Assembly (NCBI GenBank): GCA_949358305.1
Contig: OX442314.1
Location: forward strand, 4,340,001 to 4,404,000
Reading direction: 5' to 3'
Length of the DNA stretch: 64,000 bases
Source of the DNA: Strigamia acuminata
Taxonomy: Eukaryota
Shown: in pieces, positions 1-11,510 of the stretch
Layout of the letters: each line of letters opens with the position of its first letter
How positions within the stretch are numbered: position 1 is the stretch's first letter
Notes under the pieces: model-generated
Told to the model about the DNA's origin: nothing
The model's database searches: none
Seen by the model: only the letters and a program-made list of their open reading frames with translations
Made by a program: the position numbers and the translations under genes

Positions 1-1270
1 TCCAAACGAATATTCGCGTGGCTTGGTTGATGGATACGCCTCGCAACGTGCGCTGTGTTCGGTTGGCTTCTTTTCTCCTCGCCATCTCTCGAATGTTTTC
101 GTTCCACCACCCACTCGTGTTTGTGCGTTCGCGTTTCCCGTCGACCCATCTCTTCCTTTATCCTTGGACCAGCAGTCCCTGACAAAATGCCCATTTTTGT
201 GACAATTATAACATTCCATTCCAGTTTTTCCTTTCGGTCGCGCCCTGTAGACATTTTCAGATCCTTGTCCGCTTTTCTTTTTGTTACGTAGTCTTTCTTT
301 CGCCCGAAGCATCGTTTGTGCGTCCATCATCAACAATTGTTTTTCTTCCCTTCAAAAATCCTGACGTTGTGCTCGAATTCGTAAGCGACCATTTCTTGGT
401 TCGAATAAACCTTCCTAAGCTCTGCTCTCTTTGCTCCTATCGCTTCGGCTCTGTTCACGTATTCATCCACGGTCTCTTTTTCCTGCATCTTTAACTTTGC
501 CAATTCAATTCCACACCTGACTATTTTGTAGTTATTCTTCGGCCCCATGTCGGCTTCAATCTTCTCCCACAAGCTCTTTGCACTTGTCTCGGTGCAGTAC
601 CGTATCGCTTGCTCTGCCGAAAGTGAAATCACCAAAACGTTCATGGCCTCGTTATCTCTCTTCTCCCAATCTTCCTAAATAGCTTGCATTTGAGCATAAG
701 TTGCCTGTCCCGGTTGTGCCATCTCCAGTTCCGCTTGCTCGATCGATGTTTTCCACAAGCATTTCATTTTTAGCATCGTCCTCACGCGCATCTTCCATAG
801 GAAATAATTCCGCTCTGTCAGCCTCTCTATCGCCGTTGAAGTTGAAGAGATATTCACGACCGTCGCCGCCATTTTCTCTCGAACAAATGCGTGCAAAAGA
901 ACGTACGAATTACTCTCTCTTGTCAATTCCACTTATTTATACTTGCGCTTCACTGCTACAGCCCGATTTTTTCAACCGTCCTCTGCTACCACTTGTTGGT
1001 TCATTTGATAAAGTTCTCAGGCATTTAAACGGTAAAAAAATGACTGATTTGCTTTAATCGACCATTTTGGTACAACTCGTTGTCAAAAACAACCTCTTGC
1101 GCGCAACAAAGCTTATTTCACAGAGTGATTAACAATCGCGCAATTAGTAATTACTTTGATGTTAAAATTCACTCACAATCGTTTGGTGGAAAATGAGTCA
1201 AAGATGTGGGGTGATTACCATTCTGCCTCATATTAACGCCGGGTTAAAACAGGTGTCGGGCCCGAATAAG
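1..1270 (-). mobile_element. Degenerate Ty1/copia element, 5' part (leader and gag), in intron 8 of channel gene A; continues past the window start
   Basis: ORFs 675-932 (IERLTERNYFLWKMRVRTML, copia gag N-terminus) and 330-644 are in one frame, split by a stop. A zinc knuckle CYNCHKNGHFVRDC lies at about 172-213. A possible decayed PBS (CTTATTCGGGCCC on minus) lies at about 1258-1270. No LTR recognised. Confidence 0.8.
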
Positions 1271-1429
1271 CAAAGGGCTTCAAATAGACGTCGAGTGGTC
1301 GAGTCAGGAAAAATAATGAACACGCCCTGGCATTTATTTGAGGCAGTATGGTAAATCAGTCAATTTAATTGTTATTAGATTGGTTAGATAAATAATTTTT
1401 GTGAATCATTAATTTTACTTTAATCATAC

Positions 1430-4400
1430 CCATATATGTTGATTGCAAACTTCTGGAGGATAAAGTCCTATCAACGACATTTTAAGTTCTGCTGATAGAT
1501 AGTTTGATTTTTCTAAAGAAATTTAAAAAATCTATATCAATATATCTATCAACACCTCTAAATATGCAAGACTCCAGAAAAGCTAGGGTAGTGGTTCAAA
1601 CACTTTCGCATGCTAAACCCTTTAGCTAGTGGTGCATTGCCAGTAGTAATATACCAAGCATGATCAATGATTGTCGGATCTTGCGGTCTGATCGTAACTG
1701 GATCTTGTTGTAAAAGAACAGGTGTGGAAGCGAATATACAAAATGGCCAAGATCGTGTGGTTCTTTAAGTGTTCCTGTCTCGTAATTTGCCACTATGCGC
1801 GCTGGGAACAAGTAGGCCACACGGTCTAAAATAATTACATTAGCGCAACAAGCGGATTTTTATTCGAGTCATTATTTAATGACGTAATTTACAGGCCCGA
1901 TTACGGGTTGCCATTTGGTGGATTTCGGCTAAACTTTGCAAGTTCTTAGGGATAGCCTGAGAGGGCGCTAGAAAATTGTTACGCGCCTGAACCTCGCAGT
2001 AAGACAGCGGGCTCAAACGTGTAGTTCTAGCATTTAAATGGCAATTTCTCTCACTTGAAGAGATGAGTTGCTAAACTCTCTCACTAGTCAGCGCTGTGCT
2101 AATTATGCACATGACGGCTGGACTGATCAACTCATTAGATGGGGAAAACTTTAAAGTTTACTTGCTTAACAAAGCAAGCAGGAGTGATCAGATGAGTTTT
2201 GAACAGTAAGTAGTGAACATGGCTCTAACATGGCTTAGTGGACCAGCACACTCAGTGCTTGGTCCCAATAGCTCAAACCCACTTCAGAATAAATAACATT
2301 GATTATCATTTCATACTTTTCTCATAATTTAGGTTTATAATTTAAGTGTACTATGTATACTATGTTTGAATTGAATAAAACCATTTGTAATAACTCCCAG
2401 AATAAATAAGGTTTGATTTGAAATTGAACTAAAAGTCTTTCTAATTTATTTCACCTCAGGATTCTCAAGGTCTCTCGTCATTAAATAATGATAAGTTGTT
2501 ATGCGTGTTTAAATTCCCCAACTCACACGTAACAATATTTATAACATACATTTATAACACGTGTTTTCAGCGCCACTTGGTTACAAGTTTTGTTACTGGA
2601 ACACTTCTCAAGTCAATATAAAAACTGGAGTTGTTAGAAATAAGCGGAGACGTGCGTGTTCTAGGGAAATGAGATGCTGAGGTGCGGAGAAGCCAACTTT
2701 CAGCAGGAGCTTTGAATGATAGCGAATGACGTGCAACAGGAAGTTGGCGAAAAGTGTCATAAATTATGCTAAAGTGTCCTTTGTTCCCTTGAATATTGAT
2801 ATGTAAACCCCAAAAAGTTACAATAAACTTGTTCCTTCTTCAAAAAAGACATGTTTTATTTCGCTCATCTAGAAAGTTAGAAAATTAGTAAATTTACAGT
2901 TTTCACTCAAAATTAATCAAAATCGACTTTGCGAATCTTCAAATTCAAAGCTAAGGGAGTCACTTCTATACCTGTTTTCTTACAACGTTGTATGGATTTA
3001 AATGCAACAACTAATCAAACACGAGGTGTATTTTTTGTACGGGACACAACTTTCTCACATACATTACCTGTCTTCACTTGTGAACAATTACCAAAAGGCA
3101 GCTGGATAAGACTTGTTGTTATGTTTAGTATAGTTTCATAACCAAAAATGTGCTATAAATATAAATTAAACACAAAATACCATGTATGGTAATTGTTTTG
3201 TTTTATCCATATACCTTGGAAAACTTGTCGTTAACTTGAAGTGTTGAATGGATGTTAAGAGTCTTCCAAACATCATCCATAGACAATTGATTGCCGACTA
3301 ATTTCCAGGGTGGCATGTCATTGCAGGTATTGTTTGTCTGGTTAAGAAACTGCAATCTGGCTTGTTCCATTTTATCACTAAGGTTTTCACCACAAAGTGT
3401 GACACAAGGAAATTCCGTGTGACGACGTTGAACTATGGTAACAACCTGTGACACAGGTTCTTCCATGTAGTAGCTTAAGCGATATTGCAACAAGTATAAA
3501 GTCAATCCTGTGCTAATTACAACTAGCACAAACTTAAGCTTTCTTAAAACTCTGTTAGTTTCACTTTCAATTTGCTCTTCCGTTGCAATTATTTCTTTTT
3601 TGCATTTCTCATAAAGATGGCGAATCTCATCAACATTCCTTTTGCGGTTTGTTACAATCCAATGTAAATACCAAGTGATTTCAGGCAATGAGAGCAACGA
3701 TAGACCCAGAAACAGGCCCAAATTGCCTCCTAAATCTGACAGTAAGGCAATAATGTCGTAGATGTAGCGTTCTTCATACACGTTCATATTCTCATTCGTT
3801 AGTTCAAAAGTTAAGGTCATTATTTTTTTACTATCTGCTTCACCTGAATCTGTGTATGGTGTAAAAACTACTTGCTGACATGGACGGCGACACGAACAAG
3901 AAGAAATTGGATCTGTGGTGTCAATCAATTTACTTATGACGCCGTATTGATCGTTTACAGCATTTGAACATTCACAAAGTGGTAAATTTATCTTCATGAA
4001 AGGCAATCTTATAAAAAGAAAATGACATTCAATTAGGATTGTATCGTAATCCTAGCAGTGTCGACTCACAATATTAAGATTAGGATAAGCACTTAGATCA
4101 ACCCGATTTTTGGCCATTGTTCTATTCAGTCCTTTGGTGGCTGTTTGACCGGATGTGACCAATATTGTCAATTTGGGTCATCTGCCAAATGTGCAGGCAT
4201 TACATTCTGTATTCTTCGGTGCTTTGTGACTTATGGGGTTGTATACAGTATGTAGTGGCTGGCATTTTGTGGGATTGTTTCCAATGCCACACACCACATG
4301 GCTTATGACCGGGCTTGGTGCCTTGGGTGGAAAACCAAATGCAACAAAAGATTTTACCTGCAGGTCAGTTTGTTTTCCAAGCACTTTTGGTAGCAATTTC

Positions 4401-6425
4401 TGAATTCGTTTTCATCGGAGCATGGAACTTTTGACGAGTTGAGAAATACATACTAAAATTAAAAATCCGTCTAGAATTAGATGTTACTTTTAATCAAGTT
4501 CTTGTTACTTTGTCATAACCCAAATTCATGTTAATTGTTGCACCACCGGCTTTATACCTCTTGACGAGGAATTTTCCAAAATTGTGTAATGTCAACATAA
4601 TCTAAGCAAAAAAAAAGAGAATTATCATAATTGTGTTGTCAATTACCATGTTTACATGTAACCACTTATCCAGATAAGTGAAAATGCGAATATTACTTTT
4701 GTAGAAAACTGCATGCGTTTACAAAGAATGAGTTTTCTAACAAATGTGATGTCATATGACGTGTTTAACTCTGTGTTAAACTTGCCATTGATCATCTACA
4801 ATGCACTTCGCAGAAACAACATGTCACAGCATTGTTGTGACGTCAGCTTTTCTAGATAAGTAATGATTGGGTGTTTACATTGCAAATGGCAATGCGCAAA
4901 ACAACCAAAATCAACCTCAAACAATTAGATTTTAGTTTTCCAGATAATTTTGAGTTTTCTGGAAAACTGATTTGTTTACGTGATCAGTTTTCCAGAAAAG
5001 TAAATTTCGCATTTTCACTTATCTGGATAAGTGAGTACATGTAAACATGGTAATTGACATGTACTTTTTTCTTAATATTACCCAGTATCCAGATGCCGGG
5101 CATACATCGTCATAAAAATTTTCAAAATTGACTGTTAATGATTTTCCAACAAATGATTTACTAGAATTCTCATCTAACCAAAAGCAAAAGATAATTTTTT
5201 TTACGTTTAAGCAATAATATACTTGTGTAGGCCTACAACTTACATTTATATACTGTACAAGGTATTTCAGTAAAGTGTTTGCAGTTGAATATTTGTGACG
5301 ATGACGACTCGAGATAGAAATTGCTAACATTTAATGCTAAAGTGAACTGAACAAGTGAGATTAAAGTGCAAAATATGGAGTCGTGTATGTTTTATTAAAC
5401 CATGTCAATTTATTCGGATGGAAATTATGTAATAACTAGACCTGTTGAAAACCAAAATCTTTTTTTCTTAATGAATTGCCTATCTCCTGTTTACTCTAGA
5501 TACGTGAACACAAAGTTACAAAAAGAATTAACTGCAAACACTTTATTGGAACACCCTGTATACAGTAATGTCCACATAACAAATAAGTCAATGCAGAAAG
5601 GACTGTAGATAAAACGACGGGTTAACTGTTGTTTCCATTAAAGTGGACTAATTAAATATATCTTTGGAACAACTGCAGGATATATTTAGAGACAGCATTG
5701 TAATGGCCACACATCATTTACTGTTTACAGTAACTATGGCAACAAATTCACCCTATCTGTGTGCACATTATTTACTATCTGTAGTGTTTACGAAATTTAA
5801 ATGCTGAGCAAATTCCGAAATAGCTTCCGATTTCCGTCTGGACAAAGCTGTTGTTTGTATATCCCTAAAGAAGTTTATCTTATCAGTTAGTTTATTGTTT
5901 GTAATAGTTTTTAATTTTTGCGTTTACTGTCATTTTTATGCTGTGTATTTCCTTGGTCAAATTGGTTGCATTCCAAACTTCATCCATACGCTGAGTTGGC
6001 GTTGCCATAAGAGTTTTCATCATCTTTAGGCAATCAAATGACTTAAGATTACCTGATTTGTCAAATTCTAAAGTTTTGCTATGTGCATGGGTTTTATTCC
6101 AAAGCTTGGCCATTTCTTTTGTATGTCCACTACAGATCATCAAGTACGGCAAAATGACATCTTCCGGTCCACTCGACACGTCAACAGCCGTAGGATAACT
6201 TAAGTAATGCCTTACTCTATCGTATGTCTGATAAGTGAGAACGCTTGTGCAAAATACGAACAAAAGAAGCCATAGGGCGCGATGGCCGCTCCAACGTTGT
6301 TTAATGTTAATGAAATCGTCCAAACCGGTTAAACCACAGCTCGGTTTCTTCGCATCATCTCTCATTAATCGATGAATTTTTAGACGTAGTTTTCCGTTTC
6401 TTCTTGTGGTTTCATTATTCTCCAT
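1430..6425 (-). CDS. DEG/ENaC tandem two-subunit channel gene, copy A, exons 1-8 (5928-6425, 5792-5864, 5082-5173, 4509-4601, 4358-4452, 3215-4007, 3068-3152, 1430-1512); exons 9-11 expected beyond the window start
   Basis: GT-AG sites with consistent phases give an open spliced frame. Motifs: TM1 (RALWLLLFVFCTSVLTYQ..YLSYPT), LPYLMIC, FGICSAF, Cys-rich CYQKC/CSCRRPC, TM2 SDLGGNLGLFLGLSLLS, then a second TM1 and FPCVTLC. Exons match B and C. An alternative ATG lies at 6443. Confidence 0.85.
4641..5055. mobile_element. MITE in intron 3 of copy A
   Basis: About 50-bp terminal inverted repeats (TTACCATGTTTACATGTA..CACTTATC..GATAAGTGAAAATGCGAA). Absent from the homologous intron of copy B near 23705. 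Confidence 0.75.
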
Positions 6426-6617
6426 AATTTTGGTTATTCGCATGACAAACTAGGAATAAAAAAACCGAGTGTATAATAAGTACAGTTATCCAGTTGACAA
6501 ATCTGATTGCATGTGTAGTAACACCAACTTGTAAATTTAGAATCCGTTATGTAGAAGATATATTGTGTGCTTTTGAGTTGATTTGGTAGCTGTAGTTCCT
6601 GCTGTTCGACTCTTGCT

Positions 6618-6690
6618 AAGTTCAAGGTGAACTGACAACACGTGTGTATTCATACATCGTTTCCCAGCAACATGTTGGCTGATTATAGTG
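6618..6690 (-). promoter_or_regulatory. Conserved upstream block of copy A (putative promoter)
   Basis: ATGTTGCTGGGAAAC..AATACACACGTGTTGTCAGTTCACCTTGAACT is nearly identical upstream of all four copies. Confidence 0.6.
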
Positions 6691-7134
6691 TAGATCGGTA
6701 AAGTTTCCTTTGGTTGCTTATTAGTCTTGCTAAGTTATTCAGAAGTTAATTGGAAAATTGTGAGTTGAATTATTGATATGGTGACATGGAAACCCTGGAA
6801 AAACCGATAATCACTACATGAGGTTGCTGTGTTTGCTACACTGCATTGCCCAGTACATTCCATGTTTTAATGTCATCTTAATTTTTGTGACGCGTTAATG
6901 CGTGTTGCGCCACCTATGAATTTATTTTAATATAACAGTTTTTAAGTTTATCTTCAACAATGACTGCCACGTTCATCATGTGACGGTTATAAAACCGAGT
7001 AGTATGCAATTTAACAACAGATGGCGCTATTTAGTAAAAAGCGCGCAATTCGAATACGTTTAAAGGAGTTATATTTAATTCTGGGAATGTATAAATAAAT
7101 TTCTTTTATTTATTGGTCTAAAAATACAACTGTT

Positions 7135-7576
7135 TGTAAGAATATTGATTCTGTCCTAACCTAGGAATACTTACCTGTTGAGAGTAACCAATTGGGCTCA
7201 ATTGGATCTAGGCTTCAGCAAGGTCCGGACTTGCTAATCTCTAATCTAATAAGACCTGTGAATCCAGCGATTCTGATGTCCAATTGGCTGTCACTGGATT
7301 CAGAGGTCTGAATAGAACATACATAAGGTCTGGTTTTTGGCCTGGCCGGAGCTTTTTGTTTGTTTCTTTGATCTATTAACTAAGCCCGACAGCTGATATC
7401 TTATCTTAATTTATCTCGATTTTATCGGCCATTTGTCGGCCTTAGTATTGTACAACTTCACCCCCGATTAAAGATGTTTATGTCTTCAGAAAACACTATT
7501 TGGTATTATTTCACTTTATCTCACATAGTTCACGCCTCATTGTTAGATATTCCTATCTCTAGCAGTCATCCTCACA
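7135..7576. mobile_element. Probable solo LTR, related to 29703-30081
   Basis: TG...CA ends, imperfect 5-bp flanks CTGTT/CTGTA, and patchy similarity to 29690-30081. The left boundary is uncertain. Confidence 0.4.
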
Positions 7577-7928
7577 CTGTAATGAATAAATACTTTTATT
7601 TTTTCAATTAGCAATAAGACAATTTAACCCTTCCAACCCTAAGATGGATCTTTTTGTGACACCATTTGTAAAAAATCTATTATTTTCATATGAAATAATT
7701 TTTTTTAATTTGATTTTTGCTTACTATTTCTTTGCAACATCACTAGACACTACGCCACAATTGAAATTTTTTAATATTTTTATTTTGTCTGTAATTTGAA
7801 ACCAAAAATTAAGTGGGTGAAAAAAGACCCATCTTAGGAGTTTAAAGGACATACACCCAATGTTGTGTGTTGGTGAAACATATACAAAATGAACGTAAAT
7901 GTTTGTATATTTTATTTAATTTTGCAAA

Positions 7929-8878
7929 TAGGAAAGGAATGTAAGGTACATTATTAAAAGTACAAGTGCATTTGACTCTGTGCAGACGTAAAGGACAGAA
8001 ATCACTTATGATTTGCATGTGCAAAGTACTGCTGTTCTGTTATAAGAAAAATCCACAGTTGAATAACTTGCAACTTATACAATCCTTTTAAAAGCAAGAA
8101 GATAAGCACAAAAGAGAAAACATCTTTAATTTTTATCATAACAATTAGTCTGTGCAAAATTGTAACGGTGAACAAACATTTGGAACAATCCAATGTAGAA
8201 TTAATGAGACATTTAATTGCCTACAATAGACCATTAGATAATTATGACATAATGCAGTTTGGCTCCGCCCACAAAAACAAAACTACAAATTAACAATGTT
8301 AAAATGTTATTTTTCATTGTTTTTTTTCACAAAGGCGGGTAGGGCAACCATTGTTATGATTATGATCACATGATCGGATCACCTGACCTCATTTTTCCAA
8401 AGGTCTATTTGCAAAATCGACCAGCCAGATTGTGTCGAAGCCATTTATAACCTTTTAAAATATCAATGTGCAAAGAAAGTAATGACATTCCCAACGTTAA
8501 TCCCACAATGCTCCCGACATCGCTTAACAACTGAGATGTTGGATATTTCTCTCTTTCCACCGTGGTCTGTATGAAACTATCAGCCATTAGAAACGGCAGA
8601 AATGTATTAAACTTAAATGCCTCTAAGACGTTATTTCCATGCACAATAGGTTGGTAGAAAATATGTTCACAAGGTCGTTTACATTTGCATTGTTTTTGAT
8701 TTATGTTAGAGTTATTCAAATACGTGAAATGGGCTCCAGTAACGTCTTCCGTTGTGTTGCAAGCTGGCAAATTAGATGTTGACATGTACGGTAATCTGAA
8801 ATAAGTAGGCTTACTGTACTGCAATCAAAATTATGTGTAAATACTCCTGATTAATTTTGTTTGTAATCCACACTTATT
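7929..8878 (-). repeat. About 950-bp local duplication of 11595-12550 (terminal exon and 3' flank of copy B)
   Basis: The two stretches align directly with high identity. Confidence 0.9.
8405..8795 (-). pseudogene. Orphan duplicate of terminal exon 11 (Cys-rich segment and second TM2)
   Basis: Open frame CKCKRPC...SDVGSIVGLTLGMSLLS with an intact acceptor, but no exons 7-10 in the duplicated block. Confidence 0.6.
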
Positions 8879-9608
8879 ATCAGCACATAAAACATGCCCG
8901 GAAAAATGGGATTGCACCTGGTAACTAAGATTTTGCACGTGCGCAGAAGCATTTCAGAAAATCACCTAGGAAGTGCTAAAAGGTTGCAAAACAGTGTACG
9001 CCGCTCTCGTAATGGTGTTATATGTTGTAAATGTTACTGTGTATATTATTTTATTAAAGATGGAAGAAATATTAAAACTCAGCTGTTCTAAAATTTAAAA
9101 AGAAATTAGGTGGAATTTAAGTACGGTAGGTCCCCAAAATTAATTTTCACGAAAAAAAGAGTTAGTGGTATTTTACTAATTTTGTTACTTTCCTGACCTC
9201 CTCTTGGCTATGGGAAGGTTAAAGGTCATTAGAAGAAAAATAAAAAATGTCTCTAATCTGTTTGAAGTAGGTAACCTGAAGTGAATTGCTCAGTGTTCCA
9301 AATTTAGGTTTTGACTTGGCCTGCATAATCACACATACAAAATTTTGGTTATACAACAAAATATTGGAATGTATTGTTCAAATAAACAATGATTTTATGA
9401 AGAAACCGATTTGTTTGTGCTTTTTTGAATATGGTGCTAAACTTTTGTCCAGCAAAAATTTGTACACAAACATTAAAAACTACTATTATTAATTACAATG
9501 TATGATTTGTTTAAATGTCTGTATGTGTAATTGCTTTACTAAATACATAACATTTTTTTTTAAATGGAATAGAAATTTCTTGAGCTAATTAGAATGAAAA
9601 TGCTTTTA

Positions 9609-9695
9609 CTTGCAGGTTAGGTTGTTTTCTAATCGTTTGAAAAAGCAATTTTGGCAGCAATCTCTGAAGCAATCACTGGAGCAAGGTGTTTCATA
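9609..9695 (-). pseudogene. Orphan exon resembling channel exon 5
   Basis: Flanked by tttcag and gtaaaa. Translates YETPCSSDCFRDCCQNCFFKRLENNLTC, compared with copy C exon 5 RPCSSENEYRDCYQKCLFKRLENNLKC. Confidence 0.6.
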
Positions 9696-11107
9696 CTGAA
9701 ATTTAAAGGAGACTCAGAATATTGATGTTTTGTAATTTCACAACCATCAACTCTTTCTGGGAGGGTGGGGTTGAACTAGGCCATGTGGGTGTGTTGCCAG
9801 TGACTGGCTACAAACCTTTTGTTGTCTTGCTAGTTTTTTAGGTTTCCCGACTGCCATCTAGTGGCGAGTAAACAAATTCAACGACTCGGTTTCCGGGTTT
9901 CCCGAGTCACCAATGGAACCAAAGCAAAGATTAATGTGTTTTATTTTTGTTGTTTTTGGTTAAAACAATTTTTATCATTATTTTTGTTATTATTTACAGA
10001 TAAAAACAGCAAAGAAAAAGGGCATCGAAAGTTTCTATTTCTGCTGGACGATGATTGACGAAAACGAGGTCAGAGGATAATGGCGGCGGACAAGCACTTC
10101 GGCGCTCGCTTGGCCGCGCTGTGAATTGTGACTTATTTTTATTTATTCGTGTAGAAATTATATTGCTACCACACGGTTCCTGTTCGCGGTAAGTACATTG
10201 TTATTGTTGCACGAATTAACTAAAATTGATTGACATAATACGAGCAAAATAAATTAATTTTAATAATCCAATTACACAAATGGAGACAAATTTAAAGTTT
10301 ATTTTTGATAAAAAAAGTGGTAAATTTATATTTTTAAATGTTGTGAATGATAAAATTTCAATATAAATTGCTAGAATTGAGAGGTTTAAAACGGTGTACA
10401 GTAAAAGCATGCTACACAATTATCAATATTTGTTACACCTAAAATGATGTCAAAAGGTGTAAATGGTGTCAACCTGTGAACTCAAATGGAGTAAATATAG
10501 TGTAAATAGCTCCGAATAAACGTCCAAACGTTTACTCTTTTTAAACACTCGACCCGCCAAGGCGATCATTGAGTCAGGTGTTTAATTGGCTTTTCGGCCC
10601 AAAAATGAAATTTTATGCAACAAAAAGTGTTTTTGTTGCCAAAATTTTACGTTTTTGAACGGTGTATGATGCTACGTTGGGAATGCCACATCTACGTTAA
10701 GTGTACGATCCCGGTGATTAATTGGACACTATTGCAAATGACAAGCGTGTAAAATTTCAGGCAAAGTAACGTACATTTTATAATAATTATTATTATTAAA
10801 CAAATGCTAAAGGAGATGTTACAAAATATTAAAATGACTTGACCACTTTCACATGAGTCAAGTAGTGCAGTGACCACTTTCATTTAAGGTAAGTGACACA
10901 ACTGAAAGCAGTCACAACTTTTTTGTTTATTTGTTTATTTGGTTTTTTTGAATTAAAGTAAAATCAGTGTATTTTTCAACCCTCATGTGCAAATTTATTT
11001 ATTTATTACACTAAACCTGAAAAACTTGAAATAAACATTTTGATTAAACACTGAAAAGAGGTGACCACTTACACCTGGGTTTGAGTAGTAATATCTTAAT
11101 TCCATTG

Positions 11108-11260
11108 CTATACTCTTTCCACACTCAAGAGGTCCCCTCTGAAGCTTGGCTCCCATTGGCCACCATATCACTGGTGTACTAATCCTCAGAACTGCAGTTG
11201 ATTGGTGGCCAATGGGAGCCAAGCTTCAGAGGGGACCTCTTGAGCATGGAAAGAGTATAG
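11108..11260. repeat. Inverted repeat with 58-bp arms and a 37-bp spacer
   Basis: 11108-11165 is the reverse complement of 11203-11260 with 2 mismatches. Confidence 0.9.
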
Positions 11261-11289
11261 TAATTTGCCTTATCAACCGTATAGAGAAT

Positions 11290-11510
11290 GTCTAGGGCAC
11301 ATTTATCAAGCGAAAACACTCGTACAACATTTTTGGCAGCGCTGGAAAAAGGAATATTTGGTAAAGTTACGACGACTACCAGGGCATTCGAGTAACAATA
11401 AATTCCGAGTCGGAGACTTGGTTTTGATTGAAGACCAGAATCAACCTCGGCTGACGTGGAAGATGGGACAAATAAGTAAGGTGAAAATTGGTCGTGATGG
11501 ATTGATGTAA
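11290..11510 (+). mobile_element. BEL/Pao retrotransposon fragment (post-integrase C-terminal domain, DUF5641-like)
   Basis: QHFWQRWKKEYL...FRVGDLVLIEDQNQPRLTWKMGQISKVKIGRDG is the characteristic BEL/Pao pol C-terminus. Confidence 0.8.

Noticed and set aside
1523..1525. Apparent premature TAA in copy A exon 8 (CAA in B)
   Set aside because: Phase and comparison with C place the acceptor at 1512/1513, so the TAA is intronic.
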